This document shows, piece after piece, positions 13,028 to 26,924 of a stretch of 64,000 nt of DNA. Position 1 is the stretch's first letter. Each line of letters opens with the position of its first letter. Both the position numbers and the translations under genes were made by a program. The DNA is from Eledone cirrhosa (lineage: Eukaryota): the NCBI GenBank assembly GCA_964016885.1, contig CAXHJY010000961.1, forward strand, positions 62,001 through 126,000. Direction: 5' to 3'. The notes under the pieces were generated by a model. It had not been told where the DNA came from and searched no databases. It saw nothing but the letters and a program-made list of their open reading frames with translations.

Positions 13028-13262
13028 ATACACATATATTTATATATCAATATACATATATATCCATACACATATATATATATATCCATACACATATACA
13101 TCCATACACATATATATGTAGCCATACACACATATATACATATCCATACAGACATATATATATCCATACACACATATATATATAAAAAAAAATATATATA
13201 TATATATAAATGAAAGGTATAGAAAACATTGTAGCGAAAAGCCAACAGTATTCCATAATATA

Positions 13263-13297
<35 letters not shown>

Positions 13298-13939
13298 TAG
13301 GCATATATATATATAGGCATATATACATATATATATTTATGCGTACATGTGTAGCTATCTCTCCATCAATCGATCTATCCACCAATCTATCTATCTATCT
13401 TTCTATCAATCTATATCTACCTGTATATCTATCTCTCTATTGATTGATCTAACTACCTATCTATATTTACCTGTCTATCTAGCTGTTTGTGTCTCTCACT
13501 TAAATTTATCAGATAGAAACGATAATTATATCTTCATTAACCTCAATTACCACACCTCTTCTCTCTCTGCACCACTTTACACATCTCCCCCTCTCTCTTC
13601 CATCTCCTTCTCCCTTTCTTTTCCTATCTTTCTCATTCTCACACATCTTTATTTCTTTCTCCATCTCTTACTATCCCCCCCCCCTCTCTTTATCTTTCTG
13701 TCTATCCACCACCTCTCTCTCTGCCACCTCCCTCTCTCTCTTTCTGTCTTTCCTCCTGCTTTCTATCTCTATCTCCACCACCTCCCTCTCTCTAGCGCTG
13801 TCTCTCCACCTCCCTTCTAACTATCTCCACCCCTCCCTCTTTCTCTCTCAATATTATTGTATCAGAACCAAACGGTTATCGTTTGAAAGTGTCTTTAATT
13901 ATATTAAGTTCATGACACACAGGCAAAATAATAAAATAA

Positions 13940-13988
<49 letters not shown>

Positions 13989-14099
13989 AATGAATAAAAA
14001 ACATGTTTTTTATTCATTCTGACAACTGAAGACAGATACATCTGTCTTCAAGAAACCGGTGGTAAATGAAATAATTATCTTATGTTGTTTATTACAGAA

Positions 14100-14166
<67 letters not shown>

Positions 14167-14711
14167 GAATAATTGAGAATCGGAATATCAGCCCACGAAA
14201 TCAGGATAAACAATATCCGACATGTATATATATATATATATAGTTAAATACATATATAGTTAAATACATATATAGTTAAATACATATATAGTTAAATACA
14301 TATATAGTTAAATACATATATAGTTAAATACATATATAGTTATTTCTTTCTGTTGAAGATTCCGTATAACATTTTTTACTTTTCAAATTGTTGTTGTTGT
14401 TGTTGTTGTTATGGTGGGGGGTAGTAGTGGTGTTGATGGTCATGGTGGTGGTGTGATGGTAATGGTTGTGTTGGTGGTGGTGTGATGGTAATGGTTGTGG
14501 TGGTGGTGGTGTGATGGTGGAAATAGCTGTGTTGGTGGTATGATGGTAATGGTTGTGTTGGTGGTGGTGTGATCATGGAAATGGTTGTGTTGATGGTAGT
14601 GTGAGGGTGGATATAGTTGTGGTGGTCATAGTTGGGCTGATGATGGTGATGGTTATGATGCTGGTAATGGTATTGGTACTCATAGTGATGATGATGGTGG
14701 TAGTGTGATGA

Positions 14712-15352
14712 TAATGGTTGTGGTGCCGGTAATGGTTGTGGTGCCGGTAATGGTTGTGGTGCCGGTAATGGTTGTGGTGCCGGTAATGGTTGTGGTGTCG
14801 GTAATGGTTGTGGTGCCGGTAATGGTTGTGGTGCCGGTAATGGTTGTGGTGCCGGTAATGGTTGTGGTGCCGGTAATGGTTGTGGTGCCGGTAATGGTTG
14901 TGGTGCCGGTAATGGTTGTGGTGCCAGTAATGGTTGTGGTGCCGGTAATGGTTGTGGTGCCAGTAATGGTTGTGGTGCCGGTAATGGTTGTGGTGCCGGT
15001 AATGGTTGTGGTGCCGGTAATGGTTGTGGTGTCGGTAATGGTTGTGGTGCCAGTAATGGTTGTGGTGCCAGTAATGGTTGTGGTGCCGGTAATGGTTGTG
15101 GTGCCGGTAATGGTTGTGGTGCCGGTAATGGTTGTGGTGCCGGTAATGGTTGTGGTGCCGGTAATGGTTGTGGTGCCAGTAATGGTTGTGGTGCCGGTAA
15201 TGGTTGTGGTGCCGGTAATGGTTGTGGTGCCAGTAATGGTTGTGGTGCCGGTAATGGTTGTGGTGCCGGTAATGGTTGTGGTGCCGGTAATGGTTGTGGT
15301 GCCGGTAATGGTTGTGGTGCCGGTAATGGTTGTGGTGCCGGTAATGGTTGTG
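14712..15352. repeat. 18-bp minisatellite (gtaatggttgtggtgccg), ~35 copies
   Basis: Highly homogeneous tandem; gives the spurious VMVVVP ORF. Confidence 0.9.
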
Positions 15353-15705
15353 CTGATGTTGTACTGGTGCTAGTGGTAGTTGTACTGGTGCTAGTGGGAG
15401 TTGTACTGGTGCTAGTGGGAGTTGTACTGGTTATGGTGGTGTTAATAATTGTGGTGGTGTTGATTGTAACAGTGGTAATGGTTGATTGTAACAGATGGTT
15501 CTAATTGCATCGGTGGTGTTGGTGTACCTGTTGCAGTTATTTGTATGCAGTTTTATGATTTTTGCATTAGTACAACTTCATAATCTTCATGACACCACCA
15601 CAACCTCCACAGCCATATAAATACCAACATCAACACCACCACCACTCTCATCACAACTACAACAAATAGAACTAACATGAGCACACCATTATTTATATTA
15701 ACTTT

Positions 15706-15930
15706 AGGGCGGTGGATTGGCAGTATCGGTAGAGGGTCGGACGACATGCTTTGCAGCATAGAGTTACGCCTCTTTACAGTCTGAGTTCAAATCCCGCTGA
15801 GGTTAACTTTGGCTTTCATCCTTACGGGGTTGATAAAATAAAGTACCAGGCACTCACTGGGATCGATTTAATCGACTTTCCCCACCCCCCAAACTGCTGG
15901 CCTTGTGTCTATATAAGAAACCATTATTTA
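15706..15930 (+). mobile_element. tRNA-derived SINE S1
   Basis: ggcggtggattggcagtatcggtagag...gagttcaaatcccg...aagtaccag...ccattatt. Confidence 0.85.
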
Positions 15931-15989
15931 TATTAACTTTGTTTTAAAGTGTTTACAGTTATCTCAATAGAGACTGATACAGTGGACCA

Positions 15990-17075
15990 ACGTAAAAGGT
16001 AGTTAATCCTGCTTGGCATCACCTTATGTTACAAGAAGAGCAACACCTGGATTCAATGGTATACAGGAGTAAAGGACATAACTAAGACCATTAAAGAGAG
16101 GCAAACATAAATTGGCTGGCCATGTCTCTCAAGAGACAACAGATGGACTGTTAGAGTGAGAGTGGACAGTTAGAGTGAGAGTGGGGCTGTTAGAGTGACA
16201 GAGGGGGCTGTTAGAGTGACAGAGGGGGCTGTTAGAGTGACAGGGGGGGACTGCTAGATGACAGGGGGACTGCTAGAGTGATAGGGGGGGACTGCTAGAT
16301 GACAGGGGGACTGCTAGAGTGATAGGGGGACTGCCACTGTTAGAGTGAGAGTGGGGCTGTTAGAGTGAGAGTGGGGCTGTTAGAGTGACAGAAGGGGCTG
16401 TTAGAGTGACAGAGGGGGCTTTTAGAGTGACAGGGGGGGGACTGCTAGATGACAGGGGGACTGCTAGAGTGACAGGGGGGGACTGCTAGATGACAGGGGG
16501 ACTGCTAGAGTGATAGGGGGACTGCCACTGTTAGAGTGAGAGTGGGGCTGTTAGAGTGAGAGTGGGGCTGTTAGAGTGACAGAAGGGGCTGTTAGAGTGA
16601 CAGAGGGGGCTTTTAGAGTGACAGGGGGGGACTGCTAGATGACAGGGGGACTGCTAGAGTGACAGGGGGGGACTGCTAGATGACAGGGGGACTGCTAGAG
16701 TGATAGGGGGACTGCCACTGTTAGAGTGAGAGTGGGGCTGTTAGAGTGAGAGTGGGGCTGTTAGAGTGACAGAAGGGGCTGTTAGAGTGACAGAGGGGGC
16801 TTTTAGAGTGACAGGGGGGGGGGACTGCTAGATGACAGGGGGACTGCTAGAGTGATAGGGGGACTGCCACTGTTAGAGTGAGAGTGGGGCTGTTAGAGTG
16901 ACATGGGGGCAACTGTTGAGTGACAGACAGTGTAGAAGAACTATAGGTTGACCAAATGCAAGATGATCTGTTGTGATACCTCAGCCCCACATGACCAGAG
17001 ATAGGAAGCAGTGAAAGTCAACTAGGGATGGGTTCCTCCAACAGGAGTGAGAAAGGCCTGGATTTAGATTATAGT
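15990..17075 (+). pseudogene. Degenerate 3' end of an RTE-clade LINE ORF, interrupted by a minisatellite
   Basis: Broken translation ...NTWIQWYTGVKDITKTIKER / WAGHVS / DNRWTVRV...DDL...DRKQW, matching the typical RTE C-terminus. Confidence 0.6.
16145..16915. repeat. ~20-bp minisatellite (ggggctgttagagtgacaga variants) with a ~190-bp higher-order repeat
   Basis: Marker 'gactgccactgttagagtgaga' recurs at ~16329, 16520, 16710 and 16862. Confidence 0.85.
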
Positions 17076-17139
17076 TATCTTAATTGGAATAGACAGGCTG
17101 TATTGGCATATTTCACCGGAAATACTATAACATAATTAA

Positions 17140-17900
17140 CAACACATACACTATTGCACTAATGCATTACTACACCACATACTATACAATACCACACTAC
17201 AAAACACTATATCCCACACTACACCACATACTATACAATAAAATACTATATCCTACACTACACAACATGCTATATACCACACTACACAACAGACCACACA
17301 ATACTATATACCAGACCACAAAATATGCTATATACTACACAATACCAAACAAAACTATATACCACCATACACTCCACTACACAATACGATATACCATACA
17401 GCACTACACAACACTATATATCACTCTACACACCATATTACACAACACAATACAATATACCACTCTACACTACGCAATACATCATACCTTACCACACTAC
17501 ACAACACAATACAATATACCATACCACACAATACACCATACTACACTACACAATATACCATACCACACAATACAACACACAATACACCATACTACACTAC
17601 ACAATATACCACACTACACTACACAATATACCATACCACACAATACAACACACAATACACCATACTACACTACACAATATATCACACTACACTACACAAT
17701 ATACCATACCACACAATACAACACACAATACACCACACTACACTACACACTATACCATACCACACCATACACCATACTACACTACACAATATACCCCACT
17801 ACACTACACAATATACCACACTACACTACACAATATACCATAACACACCATACCACACACAATACACCATACTACACTACACTACACAACACACCAGTCT
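17140..17900. repeat. Degenerate pentanucleotide (ACACT/ATACC/ACACA) satellite
   Basis: Direct reading; explains the H/Y/T-rich ORFs. Confidence 0.85.
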
Positions 17901-18550
17901 ACAATCCAGCAACAACTCCTGTCATACCAATTAACTAGTTTCTGCTAAATAGTGAAATAATTATTAAATGAGGGGGAAGACATCTGATTGGTAATTCAGT
18001 GTAATTTCCCTACAGTATTTAGATCCATTCACATGGGGGGGGGGGGGGGGGGTTTCAATCCCTGACAGAATCAAGTCTATCTTCTTTACCTCAAATAATC
18101 AATATGTTCCAAGCAGGCAATTGGAATCGATTATACCAACTTTATGGCTTCTTTACATGTTTGTGGTCTTGTGGCTATATAAAAAATCAATACATATGCA
18201 TATGTATATACACACACATGCATATATGTATATATACACACGCATATATCTATATACACACACACATATATATATGTATGCATGCACACACACACACACA
18301 TATACATGTATACAGGCACATACATGTATACATCGCTCTTATATATATAGTTTATACTAGTAAACCATGTTCAGCTAAGTTCTCAATATTTGAGAAACTA
18401 GCGTGTATGAGAAGTGTGTATACAAAAATATTAATGTATGTATGTGTTTGTATATATATATATATATGTAAATGGATAAACAACACTGTGAAATGATAAA
18501 GTATAATGGCGATATATATTAGTTTAAAGTTTGATATTGTAGGAAGAGAG

Positions 18551-18630
18551 TTTTATTGTTTCAGAAGCTAGTCCTTCATCAGAAGATAAAAGTCTAAAGT
18601 CTATCTCGAACCCAGAGGCTCATCAGGCTG
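18551..18630 (-). ncRNA. Two tandem degenerate hammerhead cores in the CRE-like 3' UTR
   Basis: Minus strand: CTGATGA-gcc-tctg-ggt-tcGAGAT (18626-18603), then tctt-CTGATGA-aggactagcttct-GAAAC-aat-aaaa (18586-18551). Confidence 0.45.
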
Positions 18631-18703
18631 GTCCTTATACCAGTTATGTTTTTGTCTCACCATGTTTAATAACATCTGACTGATAAAATGACAAGTCAGT
18701 CAA

Positions 18704-19078
18704 TCATATTGGTGGCCACCCCACAGCCCCGGCGGACAGGATGGAGAAGGCGTTTCCCCGGAGGTTGGTAAGGGAGACGCGCTGGAAAAGCCATTCCAAC
18801 TTGCGGGGCTCACACCTGCGGCTGGCCAGCTCAGCGCCTATGGTGGTGAGTAGGGAGGTAGCCCTAGGGCTGAGGATACCAGAAGTCTCTACTGCCAAGG
18901 GTACAACCGCAAACCTGCCGGAGAGCAACCGGTATTTGAAGAGTTTGGCCTCCTGAGCCCGATGTGCAGCAGAACCTGGATTAGTCAGAGACTGCACCAG
19001 GTTGCGGCTGCAGAAAGTGTCAGTGCAAGTGGCATCCCACATGAGGGGTTTGCCACAGCGGAACGGGAAGATGGTCAT
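18704..19078 (-). pseudogene. C-terminal restriction-like endonuclease (PD-(D/E)xK type) fragment of a CRE-clade retrotransposon
   Basis: GKPLMWDATCTDT...GSAAHRAQEAKLFKY...PLAVETSG...QRVSLTNLRGNA matches the CRE RLE signature (GK.L.WD.T..DT; AA..AE..K..KY; P.A.ET.G; QR.S....RGNA). The upstream RPDG motif is lost to truncation. Confidence 0.8.
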
Positions 19079-19081
19079 TGT

Positions 19082-19525
19082 GTGGCACTAATTGACTGAG
19101 AGTACAAGACATCCTCTTGGACAGACCACCAGTCAATCGCAGGGTCAGCCTCCCCAGTTATTGCTGGTATTCATTTTCAGTAGAGAGTGGGCAGTGGATT
19201 GGCAGTATCGGTAGAAAGTCGGACACCATGCTTTGCAGGATAGAGGTACGGCCCTTTGCGGTCTGCGTTCAAATCCCGTCGAGGTTAACTTTGCCTTTCA
19301 TCCTTACGGGGTGGATAAAATAAAGTACCAGTAATGCACTGGGATCGATTTAATCGACTCCCCCACCCCCCAAAAAAAAATTTGCTGGTTTGTGTCTATA
19401 TAAGAAATCATTTTCAGTAGAGTATACTGGAGCAACGTGAAATGAAGTGTTTTGCTCAAGAACACAACATACAACCCAGTTCAGGAATCAAATTTACGAT
19501 ATATTATGAACGTAAGTAAGACACC
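19082..19525. mobile_element. Nested SINEs: S1 (+, ~19187-19407) inserted in an S2-type SINE (-)
   Basis: 15-bp target-site duplication tcattttcagtagag at 19171-19185 and 19408-19422. Confidence 0.8.
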
Positions 19526-19743
19526 CTCACCACTAGGCCATACAAAGAGCCTTCATCAAATCCCGCCGAGGTTGACTTTGCCTTTCCTCCTTACGGGGTC
19601 GATAAAAAAAAAGTACCAGTAATGCACTGAGTAATTGCTGGCCTTGTGCCTAAAGTAGAAACAATTACTTTATGGTGGTGTATCCTAGTCTTTGACAGAT
19701 TAGTTTAGGGAGCTGAATGAGACAAGAGTAAGAGGAATGTGAA

Positions 19744-19995
19744 GGCGCATGGCTTAGTGGTTAGAGCAGTGTGCTTGCAATCGAAATGTTGTAAGTTCAA
19801 TTCTCGGACCGGGTGATGTGTTGTTTCCTTGAGCAAGACACTTTATTTCATGATGCTCCAGTTTACTCAGCTGCAGAAATGAGATGATAGGACTGGGGAC
19901 GCTCTCCTTAAATTGCCCAAGCCTCCAACGAGATATACCTCGGAGGAGGCCAGCTAAACCTGCATGAGTGTGAGCTGTAACAACAACAACAAGAA
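19744..19995 (+). mobile_element. tRNA-derived SINE S2
   Basis: ggcgcatggcttagtggttagag (A box), agttcaattc (B box), core gtgttgtttccttgagcaagacactttatttc, (ACA)n tail. Confidence 0.75.
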
Positions 19996-20494
19996 GAATG
20001 ATAAGTATGTCATAATTATGAGACAATATGGTAAGGGGGTTTAGAGATGACAAGTGTTATGTCATAGGTGTATGACAGGAGTGCAGGGATTTAAGAGGAT
20101 GATGTAGGGGTGGGGCATTAGGAATTATGTCATGGGTGTATGACGTTTAAAAGTTGATCCTAGTTATCCACGGACAACAGATCAACATGCGTGAATCAAG
20201 GTTTTTGCTGAACATAAAATATAACGGTGAGGGGTGATGTGATAATTAAAATAAATTATATCTTATTCACAATTGTATAAATAAAGTTACAAATTATTTA
20301 TAAAATAGACACAAATAATATATACAATACTTAAATATATAAGGTTAAACAAGACGACCATGAATTCACCACCAAGGGTGACCGCACACCACAAGGGTCA
20401 GTGGAACACTTTGAGGGAAGGCAACATGCTCGCAACATCACCACAGGTGATGCCGGCGCTAAATAAATTGTGTTTATATACTGATAGTTTAAAC

Positions 20495-20727
20495 CAGAGG
20501 TTCTGAAAGTGGGTGCTACCCCCCCCCCCCCGTGTGGCGTTGGGAGGAACGGAGAAGTTATATAATATTTATTTAAACATAATATCTATTATATATTATA
20601 TAAATTAACGATTTTATTTAATATATATTTAGAATTTGCTTGTAGGAAGGTCTCTCTGGACATCGGGATGGGTGCACTGAGAGTAGTACGTGGTTGTGGG
20701 GGAGGGAGGCAAGTTTGAGAACCTCTT
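20495..20727. mobile_element. hAT (Charlie-like) MITE
   Basis: TIRs cagaggttctgaaagt / agtttgagaacctctt; degenerate 8-bp TSD gtttaaac / gtctatac. Confidence 0.6.
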
Positions 20728-22825
20728 GTCTATACCCTACTTTTGACTTGTTTAAAACATTGTAATATAGGCTTTCCCAATACGAGTTAATTTGCCTTTT
20801 AGACAATGTAATCCTTGAAATATAAAATGGCGGACTAGTTGCAGCTAGAACGCCGTAAACATGTTTGACTACACATTTGTTTCTTAACATTTGGAACGAA
20901 ATCAGATATAAACTCACATAAGGAATAATGAAAAACTAATAAATGCTAACCTAACGAAACAAACCAATAAAAAGAATGAGTCAGGACGAAGAAGAAGGAG
21001 AAAGTCTTTGTCTTGCCTCATAATTTTTAAGAGAAAGAAATATTAGACGAAAACTGGCACACTCAGTCACACTAGTGACGTTTCAGTTTTCCTCTAATAA
21101 TTAGAGTTAAACAATTAAGACAAACAAAATACCCGACCTTTATGCACCTTTACGGATTCCTGGCAGGTGAAAAAGTCGCATGGTAACTAAATATCCGAAT
21201 GTAATGTAGGGGTTTCCAAAATGCGGGTCCTGATCCATTAGAAGGTCACAAAATAAATAAGATGGGTCGCGACATTAAGAAAAAAAAAAGGGGGAGCTAC
21301 AATTGAGAGCGACATTCAGGTATATAGACTCGCATTATGAACTGCAACTCATTCAGTGGCCATATTAAAAAAACAAAATATTTTGAAAAAACTTTGGTGT
21401 AATGTATAGGTTTTTACTATTAGCTGTGACAGCAATGTAAAACTGCCGAGTGATTGATTAAATTGCTTGCTATGTTCAATTCGATTCGTAGGTAAACCGA
21501 TACATACGATTGCCCAGCGTTCTGTTTAGAGCCGGAAGTAGAATTATTGCTTATCCGCTTAACACTACTGAAATCTGAGATAAGAAACAAAAGATCCTAT
21601 TGGATACTTGAAATTTTTACGAAAGGATTATCATAGCTTTTATCCAAGTTCGAAATCTTTCAAGTAAAACGTTTTGTGGTGTTGATCTTAAAAGTTTAGT
21701 AAACTGCAGCAAATTATCTTGTGCTCCAAACACAATAAAACTTATCGATTTTCGATCTAAATTTGATAAAAGCTTAGACAAAAAATAAATAAATAGACAT
21801 CAAAACGACAAACATATACACACACAAACAAACAAACAAAAACAAAAAATGTAAAGAAAACTATCTAAAATAAAACAAAGAGAATCTTCCTAGTTGAATG
21901 GCAATACGGTTTCTTCAATTTATAGCGCTTTTTATCTCAAGATTTCCTCCTCTTCAACTTCCTCCTCCCTTATCTACATGAGAAACAGTCAGCAAAAATT
22001 GAAAGAGAGAGAGAGAAATTCGGGGAAAGTGAGAGAGAGTTAGAGAGATAGAGAGTGTTAGAGAGAGATTTGGGGAAAGGGAGAGATAGAGTAGGGGAAA
22101 GGGAGAGAGAGACAGAGAAAAATACATAAAGGTAAAGAGAGAGAGAAGGAGGGTTAGAGAAAGAGAGAGACATAGAGACAGAGTGTGCGTCAGAGAAAAA
22201 GAGTAAGAGTTAGATTTAAAGAAAAAAGAGAGAGAGAGAGAGAGAGACAGAGGGGTAAAGAAAGAAAGAAAAAGAGAGGAGAGAGAAAAAATAATCAGAT
22301 GAATTTTAAGATGAAAAAACATTATATATAAAAAAAATAATATACAAAAAAAATAAATAAAAAGATACTAAAAAGAAAACTTATTTTTCTCTCTGCTTTT
22401 TTTTTCTCCTGTGATTGATTATAATAAACTTTCAATCACAGACGAGTTTTAAATGATTTTTCCAAATTTTTATCATTTAATGGTGAAATTCGAAAAATTT
22501 CCAACCATCCCTCTAATGGGTCTGAAATAAGAAAATTGTGTGTATTATACTTGTTGGAGTAATTCTCACACAATAACGTCACGGAATATTTCTCAGGAAA
22601 AATCTAGAATTAATTTACTACTTTTTCCAAGAACGAACGTTCACCCTTTTGTAAAGTGGCTCCAGGCATTTTTACCACTACCAACAACAACTACAGCTAC
22701 AACAACAGGCAGATTATATCTGTTGTGGTGGGCGAGGAGGGAAGGCGCTGGGTGTAGGAAGAAGAAGGAAGAAAAAGATAGTAAAGGAAAGGAAACGAAA
22801 ACAAGGTGTGCGTGTGTTTACACTC

Positions 22826-22938
<113 letters not shown>

Positions 22939-22950
22939 CTCCCAAAGTAT

Positions 22951-22993
<43 letters not shown>

Positions 22994-23010
22994 TTTGTAT
23001 ATATATGTGC

Positions 23011-23145
<135 letters not shown>

Positions 23146-23583
23146 TAGGGAAAGAGGGGAAAATGAGAAAAAGAAAGAAACAAAGAAATAACAGGAGGGT
23201 GCCTATGAATAGGTAGATTGCTAGATTGATGGAGAGATGATGCATAAAAATTATACGTGTGCCTGTGTATATGTATGTTAGGCGAGATGGCTGGATAGAT
23301 AGAGAGAGAGAGAAGGAGAGAGAGAAGGAGTGAGAGACTTTGTATAGAGATGGTGTGTATGGATATAAACAAACAAGATTAAACTGATAAACAGATTTAT
23401 TCCAATTTAGAGCCGGGTCTTATATGAAATAAAGCATTTGCAACATGCGAAATGAATTTAAAACGATTTCTATCTAATATGATATAACTCTAAGAATGCA
23501 GCTACTTTCACACGATTGTTATCTAGTGTTTAGATGTTTTACACTTTGGCATGCTGAATTTCAAATCCTGTATATATATATAT

Positions 23584-23641
<58 letters not shown>

Positions 23642-23683
23642 GGAGAGAGATTGATGTGTTTGTATTTTTGTATAGGTGTGTAA

Positions 23684-23807
<124 letters not shown>

Positions 23808-24282
23808 GGGAGAGAATAGAAACGATGTGTCTTTGCACATGGAAACTCGCATATCTGAGATGTCGAGGAAGACTCGGGCCCCGATCATTTTGATTGTACC
23901 CTGAACTGATCGATATCAAAACAATTGTACTAAGTCAATAAACCCTGTACATATGCTACAACACTGATTTCGATTATATTTAATTTATTTACACTCAGAA
24001 CACCACAGTTTCCATCACTCTGGAATACAATCAACAGGAGACGGACCTCATAAGACCATTGAGTGCTACGAAAGGTGCTCCGCCTGTAACTGTAGTTCTC
24101 TCGCTCTGGTCATTTATTATGAAATGTTGTATTTGTGTGGTTCCTATCAATCGTTGGTCGTCTTTCTTATATGTGTTTATATTTTCATTCCAAAGGAATT
24201 GTCAGCAACTTATCTTATTTATGTGTATAGTTAAAACTGAAATCATTTATTTGCCTCCCCAACAAAAATATTATTATTATTG

Positions 24283-24957
24283 TGGTTTGGCAGTATCGGT
24301 AGAGGGTCAGACACCATGCTTTGCAGTATAGAGTTATGGCCCTTTACGTTCTGAGTTCAAATCCCGCCAGGTTAACTTTGCCTTTCATCCTTACGGGGTC
24401 TATTAAAATAAAGTACCAGTAATGCACTGGGGTAATTGTTGGCCTTGTGTCAAAAGTAGAAACATTACTATTGGATTGACCGTATCGGTAGAGGGTAGGA
24501 CACCATGCTTTGCAGCCTGGAGTTACGGCCCTTTACGGTCTGAGTTCAAATCCTGCTGAGGTTAACTTTGCCTTTCATCCTTACGGGATCGATAAAATGA
24601 AGTACCAGTAATGCAGTACGGTAATTGGTGGTCTTGTGCCAAAAGTAGAATTATTATTATTATTACCCCCTTTCTCCCTCTCTTTTTGTACTGTTCCCTA
24701 TATGTAGGGCCTTGTGGCAAATAAAGAAATCATTATTATTATTATTATGGTGGATTGGCAGAATCGGTAGAGCGTCGGACACTATGCTTTGTAGCATAGA
24801 GTTACGGCTCTTTACATTCTGAATTCAAATCCTGTTGAGATTAGCTTTACCTTTCATCCTTGCTGGGTCGATAAAATAAAGTACCAGTAATGCACTAGGG
24901 ATGATTTAATCGACTTTCCTCAAATTGATGGCCTTGTGCTTATATCAGAAAGAATTA
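24283..24957 (+). mobile_element. Three head-to-tail S1 SINEs, with a Tx1-like 3' end (24665-24731) in an (ATT)n tail
   Basis: S1 copies start at ~24283, ~24472 and ~24748; insert ...ttttgtactgttccctatatgtagggccttgtggcaaataaagaaat. Confidence 0.8.
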
Positions 24958-25131
24958 TAAGGAATGTAGGGTAGTTAGTTCGTAATTGTCAATGGGTCTC
25001 ACGGACATTAGCGGCTGTGTTTTAGTCTTCAGATTCCTCTTCCTGTAGAAATCCGAAAATTAGCTATATATTTGTGTCTTGAAACATCCAAGATTCTGAG
25101 TAACATCCGAGAGAATCATTCACTCGTAAAC

Positions 25132-25192
<61 letters not shown>

Positions 25193-25482
25193 ATCTGTTT
25201 GTATGTATGTATCTATGTGTGTTTGGATGTATGTATGTATGTATCTGATTATTTGCATGTATATATGTTTGTTTGCATGTATGTATGTGTGTATGCATGT
25301 ATATATGTATATATGTTTGTATGCATCTATCTATGTGTATTTGCATGTGTATATGTATATATGTTTGTTTGTATGCTGGATCTTGGTCAGTCCCGAAGAG
25401 AATTGCCTCACTTGTTCGATCAACTAAACGGATTACTCCTGAAATTATCATGTGTCAGAACATTCCACAGACACGTATACCC

Positions 25483-25787
25483 CAGGGTTGGATTTTGACC
25501 CAGGATGAGGGGAGGGGAACTTTAGTTGGGGGACATCCACCCCATACACAAAAAATTACAATACACAGAAAAGCCCCCACTTTTACATATCAAAGTTAGC
25601 TTGGCGCAAGTAATTGGAATTGAAAAGTTATACATACAGGTACTACATTCAAGAATTATAACCATCCTAAAACTAAAAAGCCCAGCTGAGGGCACAAATA
25701 AATTGCTACAGCCGTCGTTGGTGTGGTCCCTCACTGCAGGGTCCCGGGAAAATTACCCCCTCTGTCCTCCCATTAAATCCGGCCCTG
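25483..25787. mobile_element. hAT-type MITE (TIR cagggccggattta-like), copy 1
   Basis: Ends cagggttggattt / aaatccggccctg; internal homology with 27343-27567. No clear TSD. Confidence 0.65.
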
Positions 25788-26853
25788 CCACCGACCCCCT
25801 TATTTTTCAAAGCAAAAGTATTTCATTTTCCTTTACTCTACAATACATTTATCAGACAGGGTGTCTCATTCTTGTTTGATACACCGTTTCCACGCCTCTG
25901 GGAGTGAATACGATTCACGTTAAAACCTCCATTTGGCTACTAATCCTAGCAAACGAACTGTTGTTACTACTGTAGTAGACATTTGCTTTTGTTGTTGTTT
26001 TTTGCTACAGACTTTTTTTATGTCATGCAATTTTGCATTTACTGGCGTCAAATTGCCGCTGAACTTTAGGGTTTGCATGATCCTGTCACTTTCATTTTTA
26101 TCTTAATTTTTGTTTATCTTCTTAATATTCCGTTTATTCAGGTATTTTTTTTTTAATTTCAGTTTCGTATAGCCGATAATCATTTCATCAATTTTGTAGG
26201 AGGTATATCTAATATCTAATGCTGGTAGTTTTATTTCTAATACCTCATACTGACCTACCAATAGATGTAGCTAATAGATCTAACATACATTGTGAACACA
26301 CAACAAGTATTTTTGGAGAAAAGAAAAGAAAAATCATTTCTAAAACAAGACAATTTTTTTGTCTCTCACTAGACATTGGAGCAGAAGAACAGCATTTAGA
26401 AAATAACCTGTTTACAAAATAAACCGAATAATAATAAGAAAAAAACAAACAATGTTTCATCCAGTAAATGTTGATAATAATTCACTTCTTTGGAGTTGTC
26501 TAGGGAGAGGGCCGTTTTTACCAAAAGACAACAACAATAATAATAATAATGAAAGTACAAATAACAATGGTTTCTTTTATTTTCCGCAAAATAATAATTT
26601 AATCTTGTTTTTGTTAAAGTTTTTGTTGCATGAATCGTTGCATAAAGTCAGACAACTGAGGATGTTGTTGGTGTTGTGGTAAAATGCCTTGTTTATCGAA
26701 TAAACAAGACATCAGTAAAACAAACATTAGTATGGATGTATGTGTATATATATATGTGTGTATATATGTATGTGTATGTATGTGTGTACATATATAAATA
26801 TATAATGAACACAGACATGTATATTTTTCCTCCCTACGCCAATATATATATAG

Positions 26854-26924
<71 letters not shown>

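Larger units (their letters stand above)
18468..19080 (-). mobile_element. 5'-truncated CRE-like non-LTR retroelement (RLE domain, 3' UTR with HHR motifs, ends in (TA)n)
   Basis: Coding remnant 18704-19078; UTR homologous to 2300-2428 and 40385-40510. Confidence 0.7.

Noticed and set aside
14015-14065. CTGAAGA hairpin followed by GAAACCGGTG
   Set aside because: The cleavage position is G and there is no stem I; not a complete ribozyme on either strand.
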